Of a stretch of DNA of 53,379 bases, positions 1 to 10,494 are shown piece after piece. Origin of the DNA: Thraustochytrium aureum (taxonomy: Eukaryota); contig BLSG01000189.1 in assembly GCA_012862495.1 (NCBI GenBank), positions 1 to 53,379 on the forward strand. The letters run 5' to 3'. Made by a program: the position numbers and the translations under genes. The notes beneath the pieces are model-generated. The model saw nothing but the letters and a program-made list of their open reading frames with translations. It was not told the origin of the DNA and searched no databases. Every line of letters starts with the position of its first letter. The stretch's first letter is position 1.

Positions 1-2
1 GC

Positions 3-2132
3 AGCGGATGCGTTCCCACAAAGCCTGTAGCCCCGCATCCCTCCGCCAACATCAACTTTGCTGTCGATGTGAACGCCGAGTTGGCTCGCTTGATGACCCA
101 GGTCGGCGAAAAGCAGGTGACAAATCTCCTCACCGTGATGGCCGAAGCAAGGACACGCGAGGGTCTCGGGCTCCCAGCGCAGCTACCAATCGTGGAGCGC
201 CTGCACGAGCTGCGTGGCGAAGACCACGCCTCGTGCGACATTGGCCGACGCAACTCGAGGTATTATTACGATCGCGGCTACGAGCTGCGCTGCAGGGGCG
301 ACTTTCAGGGCGCCATCGTCAACTTCCGAAGGTCTGTCAAGCTGCAAAAGGACGACTTTGGCGCCTGGTTCAACCTCGGGTACGCCCTCGACCGCACCGG
401 TCGCTGTCGCGAAGCACGCCGCGCGTTCGAGGCTGCAGTTCGCGTTCAGCCCGGCATCGCCATAGCCCATTACAATCTCGGCCTCACCTGCACAAAGCTT
501 GGCGAGTACCAAGCGGCCGTTGAAGCTCTTGACCACGCGATCAGGATCGACCCTGACCGGTGCGAGTTTTTCCGCGCGCGCGCCTTCGCGCATAGGCACC
601 GCTCCTTCACCGTCGCAGGCAAGGGCGGCGCCCTTGACGGCGACTTTGCCGCAGCCAGCGAGGACTATGTAGCGGCGCGGCGCGGCGAGCGCTATTTACT
701 GGAAGACGTCGAGGCCGTCGCCGCCGGCCTCCAGCTCGGGCGCAGGGTCGCTGCGCTCAACAGCCGCCACTTTGACGTCACTCTCGTCGACCGCCACGAC
801 CCCGTGCGCCTCCGGACGAGCGCCGTCTCGCATGCCGCCCTGCACCCGCTCTTCTTCGAGTGCGACGACCTTTGGCGAGAACCGGACACGATCTCGCTCA
901 CAACCTATGGGCAGGACTCTGGCCCACTAGACGAGACCCAAATCCGCACCCTGCAGAGCATTCCGGAACCCTGCACCCGCATCATGGGCCGCGGCCACCT
1001 CACCTTTGGCAAGTACGTCGCCATCTCGGCCAAGCCCTCTGGCGACCGCTCCGAGAGCGACCTCGGCGCGCTCGCGTCCTTCTACAGGGGGCTCCCGCTC
1101 CTCCAGACGCAAAGCCAAGAGGTTCTCCTCGCTCTAGCCCGCGACGCCGTTTCGGTTAGCCTTGCCGATGGCGAGCTCCTCTATACGAGCGGGGCGGCCG
1201 TCGACGCCTTCTTCGTGGTCATGCAGGGCATGATCGAACAGTTTCGCGACCCCTTCCAGGTCGCCGCCAAGGGCCTTGGCGATAACCAACGCACCGAGAC
1301 GGCGCAAGAGCAGCAGTCGCTAGCCGGGGGGGGCGCGGATATGCCGGACGACGCGCAGGCGCGCAAGATTGGCCAGAATTCCTCACTCGTCGCGTGGCCG
1401 GGCGACGTTCTCTCGCCCAACGCACTCCGGGCACCGCCCGACCGTGGTCTCCATGTCCAGTCCGCACGGGCGTGCGGCGCCACGAGCGTGATCCGCATCC
1501 CCGCCTCAACATTCCATCAAGCCGTACAGGCGCACACCGCCGACCACATCGCGCAGACGCTCCGTTTCTTGAGCGGCGTGGCGCTCTTCCAAAGCCTTTC
1601 CGCCGCAACGCTCGAAGCCCTCGCCAACACGATGACGGAGCGCAACATCGTCGCCGACGAAGTCCTCGTACGGCAAGGGGACCGGGTAAAGCACATCTAC
1701 ATCGTGGCTTCGGGCTCGTGTGAGCTCTGCACGGGACTGGGTTCGCGAGCGCAGACTGTGGTCGGCAAGCTCGGCCCCAAGGACACCTTTGGCGAGGCGT
1801 GCCTCGTAAGTGGCATGCTTGACCCCGGCGCACGGGCCGACGGGTCCAGCCAGCCGGCTATTTCCGAGGCCTCCGTGGTCTGTACGACGGCCTCGCGGTT
1901 CTACATTCTCGCGCTTGTCGATATTTACAAGCAGACCACGTTCCAGGAGCGCAAAGCGATCCGCGCCACCCTGTCAACGTTCAACGCGCGCAAAGCGTCG
2001 CTCGACCTGGCCGCCCCTCGCGCCATCGCGACCGAGCGCGGCAACTGGCACTCGTTCAAGCGGGCCTACGTAAAGGCCGTGGTCGACCGGGCGCGGGAGC
2101 GCCGCCAACTCGAGCGCCGTGGCCGGCCCTGA
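3..2132 (+). CDS. TPR-repeat protein with two cyclic-nucleotide-binding (cNMP)-like domains; 5' end lies outside the window
   Basis: The frame is open from the window start. TPR motifs: YYDRGYELRCRGDFQGAI, AWFNLGYALDRTG, AHYNLGLTCTKLGEYQAAVEALDHAIRIDP. Two CAP/cNMP-like segments: LPLLQ..GELLYTSGAAVDAFFVVMQG and VALFQSL..DEVLVRQGDRVKHIYIVASGSC..LGPKDTFGE. Confidence 0.8.
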   Translation, partial: SGCVPTKPVAPHPSANINFAVDVNAELARLMTQVGEKQVTNLLTVMAEARTREGLGLPAQLPIVERLHELRGEDHASCDIGRRNSRYYYDRGYELRCRGDFQGAIVNFRRSVKLQKDDFGAWFNLGYALDRTGRCREARRAFEAAVRVQPGIAIAHYNLGLTCTKLGEYQAAVEALDHAIRIDPDRCEFFRARAFAHRHRSFTVAGKGGALDGDFAAASEDYVAARRGERYLLEDVEAVAAGLQLGRRVAALNSRHFDVTLVDRHDPVRLRTSAVSHAALHPLFFECDDLWREPDTISLTTYGQDSGPLDETQIRTLQSIPEPCTRIMGRGHLTFGKYVAISAKPSGDRSESDLGALASFYRGLPLLQTQSQEVLLALARDAVSVSLADGELLYTSGAAVDAFFVVMQGMIEQFRDPFQVAAKGLGDNQRTETAQEQQSLAGGGADMPDDAQARKIGQNSSLVAWPGDVLSPNALRAPPDRGLHVQSARACGATSVIRIPASTFHQAVQAHTADHIAQTLRFLSGVALFQSLSAATLEALANTMTERNIVADEVLVRQGDRVKHIYIVASGSCELCTGLGSRAQTVVGKLGPKDTFGEACLVSGMLDPGARADGSSQPAISEASVVCTTASRFYILALVDIYKQTTFQERKAIRATLSTFNARKASLDLAAPRAIATERGNWHSFKRAYVKAVVDRARERRQLERRGRP

Positions 2133-2230
2133 GGCCCGTCGCGCGAGCAGGATCGGTGCCCATTATTTTAATAATCTATGGAATAACTCTGCGTGCCCCT
2201 CGCCCTCGTAGGAACACTACACTCTGGGCC

Positions 2231-5136
2231 CTACATCACGTGAAGCCAGCCCATGGCCGGCCGAGGGGCGCCCAGCAGCTCGAATCCAGGAAAGGCCGCT
2301 CCAAGGGACCCTCCGAGCTCGGCCACGCGCTCGGCGTCGAGAGCTCGAAGCGCTTTGCGCTGGTTGACGTGGAACCGACCGATTGCGTCGTCATGGCCCA
2401 CCAGGCCAGTCTTGGAGGCCCGCAAGCGCTCCCCGACAACGTTGCAGTACCGCGCGCGAAGGAGGGCCGTCGTCTTTCGCGAGACGGTCGCCGTTTTCGC
2501 AAACACGAGGTCGTAAAAGGCCTCTTCGTCAGCGTGGTCCAGCATGCTGCGCAGCGTGGAGGCGCGCCCCTCCGCCATGTCACTGGACGAGAGGATGTCG
2601 ACTCGCCCAGCCTGCAAGATCGCGAGGGCAGCTGCGAACAGCACTTTATCGCCCTGAAATACGAACATGTCGCAGATGCGCTTCGCCAGCCTGGCTCGCG
2701 CACGCGCTGCGCGCAAGTCCGCGCCCTCCACACTTGCCGCGCAACTCTCGACGACTCGGCCCGTTGAGCCCGGAACCGGGGGCCAGCCGCAAGGGGGCGC
2801 AAAGAGCGTTTGAATCCACTCGACCGCGCCCAGTGACCACAGAGCGCGCTCCAGCGCGCCAGCGTTGCCGCCCGCCACGGCTTGGTCGCCCGCCAGGGCA
2901 TCCCCATCGCTGTTGTCCGCGACGAAGGTCTCCAAATGAGCGCACAGCTCCGGGTCGGCGTCGCGCAGCAAGCTCGCCAAGACGTGGAGGTCCACGATGG
3001 CGCTCAGCTCGGAGCCAAAGTAGTCGAGCGGCAGCATAAACTCGGTCATCTGACACAAGAGCCNNNNNNNNNNNNNNNNNNNNNNNNNNNNNNNNNNNNN
3101 NNNNNNNNNNNNNNNNNNNNNNNNNNNNNNNNNNNNNNNNNNNNNNNNNNNNNNNNNNNNNNNNNNNNNNNNNNNNNNNNNNNNNNNNNNNNNNNNNNNN
3201 NNNNNNNNNNNNNNNNNNNNNNNNNNNNNNNNNNNNNNNNNNNNNNNNNNNNNNNNNNNNNNNNNNNNNNNNNNNNNNNNNNNNNNNNNNNNNNNNNNNN
3301 NNNNNNNNNNNNNNNNNNNNNNNNNNNNNNNNNNNNNNNNNNNNNNNNNNNNNNNNNNNNNNNNNNNNNNNNNNNNNNNNNNNNNNNNNNNNNNNNNNNT
3401 CCAACGAGGAACCGCGCGACACGCTCCAAGTGCTTGCGAGGGTCCGCAAGCCCCCTGTTGCGCGTTCGCACCGCGCGCACCACGCGGGCGGCCGCCGCGC
3501 TCCCTGCAGGCCCCGCGCAACCGAGCGGGGAGCCTGCGCTGCGGCCCAAAAGCTCCAGGTAGTACCCGCGCCGAACCGCGAGCCGCTTGATCGCCCCGGT
3601 GCACATCAGCCACGCCTCGCTGCGGAATGCCCCAGGCACGCCTCGCCGAATGAGCAGCTTGACCGTGTTTCGAAGCGGACTGTCCCGCACGGCGCGGCGC
3701 GACAAGACGCCTTTCAGCCAGGGCGAGCAGAGCAGCGCGCTCTGCTCAAAGTTGACAAAGTGGAACCACAGCTTCAGGCGCCCCTCGGCGGTGCCCAGCT
3801 CAAACTGCAGAATGCGCGAGATCCCCGCTTGGGAAAGCCGCAGCGCCGACCCCGGTGCGGCTGGCGCCGGCGACCCCGCCGACGTGTGGTCTCCGTCGCA
3901 GTCCACACGCGGCCCGCAAGCCCCGAGCTTGATCCAGTCGGCCTCGTCGCCGTGGGCGGCGCAGCGGAGCGAAAATTCGCTGCATACCCGGTCGTCCGCG
4001 CCCGCGCCGGGGCCCTCGCAACCCTGCTCGCAGCTCGCTCGGCTGCAGCCTACGTCCTCAAAGCTGGAAAAGGAGTGTCCGGACACCGAGGCGCCGGCAC
4101 CTGCCTCTGACGCATCATCCTCGCCAAACGCGCCAGCACAGCTAGCCCAGCTCGCAACAGAGTTCGACCTGGCGTCCGCGTCCCAGCCACGCGCCGCGAG
4201 GAGCGACGTCTTTGCAACGGCCTCAAGAATCGCCAGGGTGTTGTACGCGTCGCCGACCTTGAACGCCGCCTGGTGAGGCGCATGCGTGACGCTCCTATCC
4301 GCCAAGCCAGCGGTGGAGCGGCATGACTCGAGCGTCGACAACGAAGATGCGCTCGAAACGGAAGAAAACGAGGGCGACACGGCCGCGCGTGGTGCGCCCT
4401 CCGTGGCATCAACGTCCACGCACAGCCTCTCAGCGATTCGCACGGGTGCGGGCAGAGTCAGCGCGTTCAGCGCTTGCCCAGCCCCCGTTCGCGACGGGCC
4501 GGTGCTGGCCGCCGGCTGTCGGTGCGCAGTTCCAGGCGCTGGGGGGCGCCTCGAGCGCCATCGTCGCCGAGCCTGGGCTGCCGCCGCAGGCAACGAGGTG
4601 TGGGCGCGGTCCAGCAGCTGTCTAGCCTTTCCTGTGGCCGATCGCACGGTGGCTGCTTGAGCAATCGGTTGGCCGCTCGGCCCTGCTATATCGGCAGAGG
4701 CGTTGGCGTGAAGACTACGACGAATGCTGGCCATATGAACCAGGAGCATTTGGACGTCTCGGTGCGGGACTTGGTTTTGCACGACCGATTTGAGCGCCAG
4801 AATGTTTTGCGTGACTGCCTCGAGGTTGAGCCCATCGAGGAGGTCGCGCGGCTTGAAGAGCGCGGTCTCGGGTACCCCTACTTTGACGCACGCGGCGAGA
4901 TAGTGCTCCACGTTGCGGCGATGGTCTTCGCTGCTTGCTCGGTCTCCAAGGATCGCCGGGATCGACTTTGGCCAAATCGTGTTGACCACCTTGCACAGGC
5001 GAACCCCAGATCCAAGCCACTCCAAGAAGGTCACTTCTGGCACCCTTTCTTCCAGGATAAGCTGTCGCAGTGCCCTTGTTCCCGTTAGTTTGCCGCCGGT
5101 CCCCGACTCTTTTTGTTTTTTTGTTTTTGAAGGCAT
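2231..5136 (-). CDS. Calponin-homology (CH) + TBC/RabGAP domain protein, interrupted by gap 3064-3399
   Basis: CH: FLEWLGSGVRLCKVVNTIWP..RRNVEHYLAACVKVGVPETALFKPRDLLDG. TBC N-part: VKLLIRRGVPGAFRSEAWL. TBC C-part after the gap: LPLDYF..VDLHVLASLLRDADPELCAHL..EWIQTLF..RICDMFVFQGDKVLFAAALAIL. ATG at 5136 is tentative. Confidence 0.75.
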
Positions 5137-5568
5137 GCCTGCCTCAACGTACCTCGACCCACTCGCGGGCTGCCACTCGGCGAGCCGCTGCGTCCCCCGC
5201 CGCGTCCATCGTCGCCGCCTCGCACCCGCCAGCCGCAGTGACTCGTCGCTAGCTACTGCTTGAGAACTGCTTCCAGGGAAGCTGCCTGGAGCGCCGCCTG
5301 TTGCTGCAAGGCCACAAACCGAGTCCTTGTTCTGCTGAGGCGTCGCTTGTCGATGCTTGTCGCGCCACCCTGGTGTTGCAGCAGTGCGTCTGCGACCAAG
5401 CGGTCCCTGACCCTTTCCTCGTCCTCCACCAGCAGCACCTGCACCACTTGGCGCGTGTTGGCCGTCCGCCACGACCGCGTTTCGAGCGTAGGTCTTGTCG
5501 GCCTGCTCGACTCGCTCCAAAGCCTCAAAGTGGTGCTCGAGGATGTCGTGGTGCTCGTGGGGTTGCTG

Positions 5569-5571
<3 letters not shown>

Positions 5572-5619
<48 letters not shown>
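5572..5619. repeat. (CTG)16 microsatellite within a CTG/CAG-rich low-complexity tract (about 5560-5760)
   Basis: Direct reading of the sequence. Confidence 0.95.
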
Positions 5620-5620
<1 letters not shown>

Positions 5621-6321
5621 CGCTGCTCTTGCTGCTGCTCGCGAATGCCGGCTGCTGTTGCTGCTCGTGGTGGTGGTCGTGGTTGGCTTCTCCTCCTTAC
5701 ACAGCCTTCGGCAGCAGTAGCTGCTGCTGCTCCTGCTGCTCCTGCTCCTGCTGCTGCTCGTGATGAGGGGTGTGGGCGGNNNNNNNNNNNNNNNNNNNNN
5801 NNNNNNNNNNNNNNNNNNNNNNNNNNNNNNNNNNNNNNNNNNNNNNNNNNNNNNNNNNNNNNNNNNNNNNNNNNNNNNNNNNNNNNNNNNNNNNNNNNNN
5901 NNNNNNNNNNNNNNNNNNNNNNNNNNNNNNNNNNNNNNNNNNNNNNNNNNNNNNNNNNNNNNNNNNNNNNNNNNNNNNNNNNNNNNNNNNNNNNNNNNNN
6001 NNNNNNNNNNNNNNNNNNNNNNNNNNNNNNNNNNNNNNNNNNNNNNNNNNNNNNNNNNNNNNNNNNNNNNNNNNNNNNNNNNNNNNNNNNNNNNNNNNNN
6101 NNNNNNNNNNNNNNNNNNNNNNNNNNNNNNNNNNNNNNNNNNNNNNNNNNNNNNNNNNNNNNNNNNNNNNNNNNNNNNNNNNNNNNNNNNNNNNNNNNNN
6201 NNNNNNNNNNNNNNNNNNNNNNNNNNNNNNNNNNNNNNNNNNNNNNNNNNNNNNNNNNNNNNNNNNNNNNNNNNNNNNNNNNNNNNNNNNNNNNNNNNNN
6301 NNNNNNNNNNNNNNNNNNNNN

Positions 6322-7771
6322 CGCACGCGCAACCTCAAGACCATTCTGGTCGATGCAGTCCAAGTCGTCAAAAGGCAAGAACGTCGCGTCCTCAAACAGG
6401 ACGGTGCACTCCTCGCCGAGCCAGTGCTTGCGGCCTTGGTCGCGCCCCTTGGCCAGGTCGTCCAATGGCACAGCGAACTTGCGAACCACAGGCCAGTGCG
6501 CGCGCAGCGCGTCAGCGTCCGCGTACAGCAGCTCCTGCCCCGAGCGGATGTCCATCTTGGGCGGCTTGGTGCGCTTCAGGTCACGGCCCAGGTCTTTGCT
6601 TGTTTGGCCCGTGTACGCGCAACGCTCGGCTCGGTCAGTGTCGCCCGCATTGACGAACAATCGCTCCCCGGCTGGCACGAGCCGCGCCTCGAGGTCAAGC
6701 CGCGAGAAAAACACAGCGATCCCAAAAGCACCCTCGCCACCACGCACTTTGCCCGCGCGCTGCGCGGCGCGAAATGCGTCGTGGCCTAACACAGAAACCC
6801 ATGCCCGGCCTGGGTGAACAGTGGTGCACTGTTGCGTTGCCTGCCCGTCCACAACTGCGTCGACGCTGTCGTGAATCCGCAGCTCGAAAGCCTTACGTTC
6901 GTGGATCGTGCGCCAAGGCTCGCGCCGTGCAAATGCTGCGCTGGTTTCGTGCAGCGCGCGGACGAGCCCAAGCGAGACGTCTGGCCGCGCGCAGAGCCCA
7001 GGCCGCTCGCTCGTGGGCCCCACGTTGGCAAAGTCCTTGGCGACAAGCAGCTCGCTAAACTTGGCTACGACCTCGTCAACGCCCTCGGACTCGCTGAGCT
7101 GTGAGACCTCGACCTTCCAGCGCGCGAGGCTCTTGAAAAGCTCGCCAGCCAAGTCGCCGTCCGAAAACGTGAGGCAGCGAGGCTTTCGTTGCGGGCCAAA
7201 CAGCGGGTTGAACATGGCGCTCACCAAGCAGTCGAGGATCTGCCGCGGGCTCGGGTAGGCCTCTGGCGGGACACACAGCTCTTGCGATAGCAGCTTTCCC
7301 TCAGGGAAGAGGGAGCTGACCAAGACGCAGTATGGCCTGCAGGGCACGGCTTCGTCGCCTTCGTCAGCGCCGCTGCTGGCCGCCGACCACACGCGCAGCT
7401 TGCGCACCACCACCTGCCAGACCTCGTTGGCGTCCTGCGGCAGGCTACGTATCCGCTTGCCCTTGGCGGCCTCCAGCTGCTCTGTGACGTGGTCGACGTC
7501 TTTCACGGCGAAGGTGCTCGCGCCGAGGTTGAACTGCGTCGACTTCAGCAGGGCGCTAGCCGCGCTAGTCGGCGCTGGGCGAGCGGGTCCAAGCGCCTCC
7601 TTTGGGGCGCCATCGCCTCGTCCGGGGCTTGTCTTTGCGCTCGTCGTCGTCGCTGTCGGCGTCGGGGTCCAAGTTGTCCCACTTGGAGTAAGTGTCCACG
7701 CCCCACTGGCGCTTCTTGGCTCCTTCCTCCGCGCCCCGCGCCCGAGCGCCGGCGGCGGCCCAGCGCTCGTG
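6322..7771 (-). CDS. Uncharacterised protein resembling ZMYND15 and bacterial DUF6930/DUF7309-type proteins; partial, with a likely frameshift near 7620
   Basis: Protein-like ORF of about 430 aa: LVSAMFNPLFGPQRKPRCLTFSDGDLAGEL..PGLCARPDV..SAAFARREPWR..WVSVLG..FGIAVF. A YSKWDNLD+acidic motif lies upstream in another frame. Both ends run into gaps. The family name is from recollection. Confidence 0.55.
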
Positions 7772-8513
7772 NNNNNNNNNNNNNNNNNNNNNNNNNNNNN
7801 NNNNNNNNNNNNNNNNNNNNNNNNNNNNNNNNNNNNNNNNNNNNNNNNNNNNNNNNNNNNNNNNNNNNNNNNNNNNNNNNNNNNNNNNNNNNNNNNNNNN
7901 NNNNNNNNNNNNNNNNNNNNNNNNNNNNNNNNNNNNNNNNNNNNNNNNNNNNNNNNNNNNNNNNNNNNNNNNNNNNNNNNNNNNNNNNNNNNNNNNNNNN
8001 NNNNNNNNNNNNNNNNNNNNNNNNNNNNNNNNNNNNNNNNNNNNNNNNNNNNNNNNNNNNNNNNNNNNNNNNNNNNNNNNNNNNNNNNNNNNNNNNNNNN
8101 NNNNNNNNNNNNNNNNNNNNNNNNNNNNNNNNNNNNNNNNNNNNNNNNNNNNNNNNNNNNNNNNNNNNNNNNNNNNNNNNNNNNNNNNNNNNNNNNNNNN
8201 NNNNNNNNNNNNNNNNNNNNNNNNNNNNNNNNNNNNNNNNNNNNNNNNNNNNNNNNNNNNNNNNNNNNNNNNNNNNNNNNNNNNNNNNNNNNNNNNNNNN
8301 NNNNNNNNNNNNNNNNNNNNNNNNNNNNNNNNNNNNNNNNNNNNNNNNNNNNNNNNNNNNNNNNNNNNNNNNNNNNNNNNNNNNNNNNNNNNNNNNNNNN
8401 NNNNNNNNNNNNNNNNNNNNNNNNNNNNNNNNNNNNNNNNNNNNNNNNNNNNNNNNNNNNNNNNNNNNNNNNNNNNNNNNNNNNNNNNNNNNNNNNNNNN
8501 NNNNNNNNNNNNN

Positions 8514-9416
8514 AGCAAACTTTCTCCCGCAGCGACAGGTCATCATGTTGCAGCCTGCGATCTTGTCGATGACGGCGTGGCACCGTGGGCAGGCCTTGGC
8601 CGCGTTGCGCTGAGCCCACTGCGCCGCGAGCTGGTCTTCCTGCGTAACGTTGAGGGCCCTCATTTGGTCGCACGAGCGGTTCGCGTGCGAGAGAATGTCG
8701 TTACCCCACTCGAGGTTGCACTCGGCGCAGCGCTGGTGCCGGCAGGCAGCGCACTCGACCCGGATGCCCGCGCCATGGAACAGACTTGCCTCGACGAGCA
8801 CAATATTCTTGCAGTTTGGCGTCGGGCACCGCCAGGCGCGCTCGTTCCGGTCCCCGGCAGTTTCTAATGCGAAGGCAACAGCCCGCTCCTCAATTATGAG
8901 CATGACGCGCTGCGGTACGAGGGCGCGTAGCTGGGCTTCGGAGAAGCACTCGTCGCGGTTCACCATGCCAACGATCGGAAAGTTTCCGACCTGGGTCTCG
9001 ATATACTTGACCAGGCAAGCCTTGCAGCAGTCAACAGACGAGTACGGGTCGCGATCTTGGCAGCCGAGCCGCTCCAGGCACACCGAGCACTCAAACACTG
9101 GGATGCCGAAAACCCAGGCCGCCAGCAGACTCGCACCCGGGACGCCAAGCACGAGCGAAAGCGCGTTTGCGACAAGGCCTGCCGCGATATTGTTGTTGTC
9201 CATAGGCACCACTACGCCACCCAATATTTCGCCCATGGGCGTTTCGACCTGCGGGACGGCTGTGGCCACCACACCGACTTGCACGGGCTCCTCGACTACG
9301 GGAGGCGCGCGCGCAAAGTGTGGTAAATCGAGGCATCCCGGCCTTCGTGGGCGCCGCCGCAACAACCGTGCCCGCCATCGTCGCAGGAAGCCCGGCCGCC
9401 GCTGCTCGGCCTCCAT
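8514..9416 (-). CDS. RBR-type E3 ubiquitin ligase (RING1-IBR-RING2), 3' end in gap
   Basis: IBR: WRCPTPNCKN..VECAACRHQRCAECNLEW..H..RSC. RING2: KACPRCHAVIDKIAGCNMMTCRCGRKF with the catalytic Cys retained. RING1 is degenerate (FECSVC..CCKAC). Confidence 0.85.
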
Positions 9417-10494
9417 GTGGGCCGGAGGGCGCGGCGCTCGCCCCGGCGCACGGCCTGACCCAGTCGCCGCAGCCCCGCGGTGCGCGGTGTGGAGTTCAGC
9501 GCTTCCAAGCCCTGCAGCCTCCGAGAACCTCCAACGCGGGTGCCACACCCCGCAACCGACTTTGCCGATGGCCTTGCGCGCCTCGCCGCGCCCTTCAGCG
9601 CCGTGGGGTCTTCTGCCGAGCCCGAGAAGCGTTCGTGGTGCTGGAATCGCTCCCCAACTTGATCAACTTGATTGAACAAGAATCACCCTCACCCACGAAC
9701 GCCCCAGCCTGAGGGCGCGGTGTTCTCGTGTACGACCAACCTACGGCGCCAGACCAGACCGCCCAGCCCTGCCGGCGCCAGCGCGCCTTTCACGGGCAGC
9801 ACCGCAGGCGTCCGGCCTTCGAGGTCGGGGAGTGGTACCTCCTCACTTTCAACGCGCTCCGTGGCATCATCATCAGCCAGAACAGAACGCGTTTCATGTG
9901 TCCCCCCTCTTTGGGGTACACACCTGCGTTCCTNNNNNNNNNNNNNNNNNNNNNNNNNNNNNNNNNNNNNNNNNNNNNNNNNNNNNNNNNNNNNNNNNNN
10001 NNNNNNNNNNNNNNNNNNNNNNNNNNNNNNNNNNNNNNNNNNNNNNNNNNNNNNNNNNNNNNNNNNNNNNNNNNNNNNNNNNNNNNNNNNNNNNNNNNNN
10101 NNNNNNNNNNNNNNNNNNNNNNNNNNNNNNNNNNNNNNNNNNNNNNNNNNNNNNNNNNNNNNNNNNNNNNNNNNNNNNNNNNNNNNNNNNNNNNNNNNNN
10201 NNNNNNNNNNNNNNNNNNNNNNNNNNNNNNNNNNNNNNNNNNNNNNNNNNNNNNNNNNNNNNNNNNNNNNNNNNNNNNNNNNNNNNNNNNNNNNNNNNNN
10301 NNNNNNNNNNNNNNNNNNNNNNNNNNNNNNNNNNNNNNNNNNNNNNNNNNNNNNNNNNNNNNNNNNNNNNNNNNNNNNNNNNNNNNNNNNNNNNCGCTGT
10401 TCGTGGTCCTGGTTGCGCTGCCGGGCCTGCGCTGCCGCGCTCGCGCTGGTGTGCCGAGCGACGCGCGCGAGGCGGCCTGGGTCTGGTCGCAGGA

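Noticed and set aside
5569..9548. Long ORFs fusing the RBR ligase, the DUF-like protein and a poly-Q tail
   Set aside because: Artefacts of translating through N runs; frames cannot be carried across gaps.
9660..9933. Possible coding fragment before gap 9934
   Set aside because: Several short frames are open but none has an identifiable motif.
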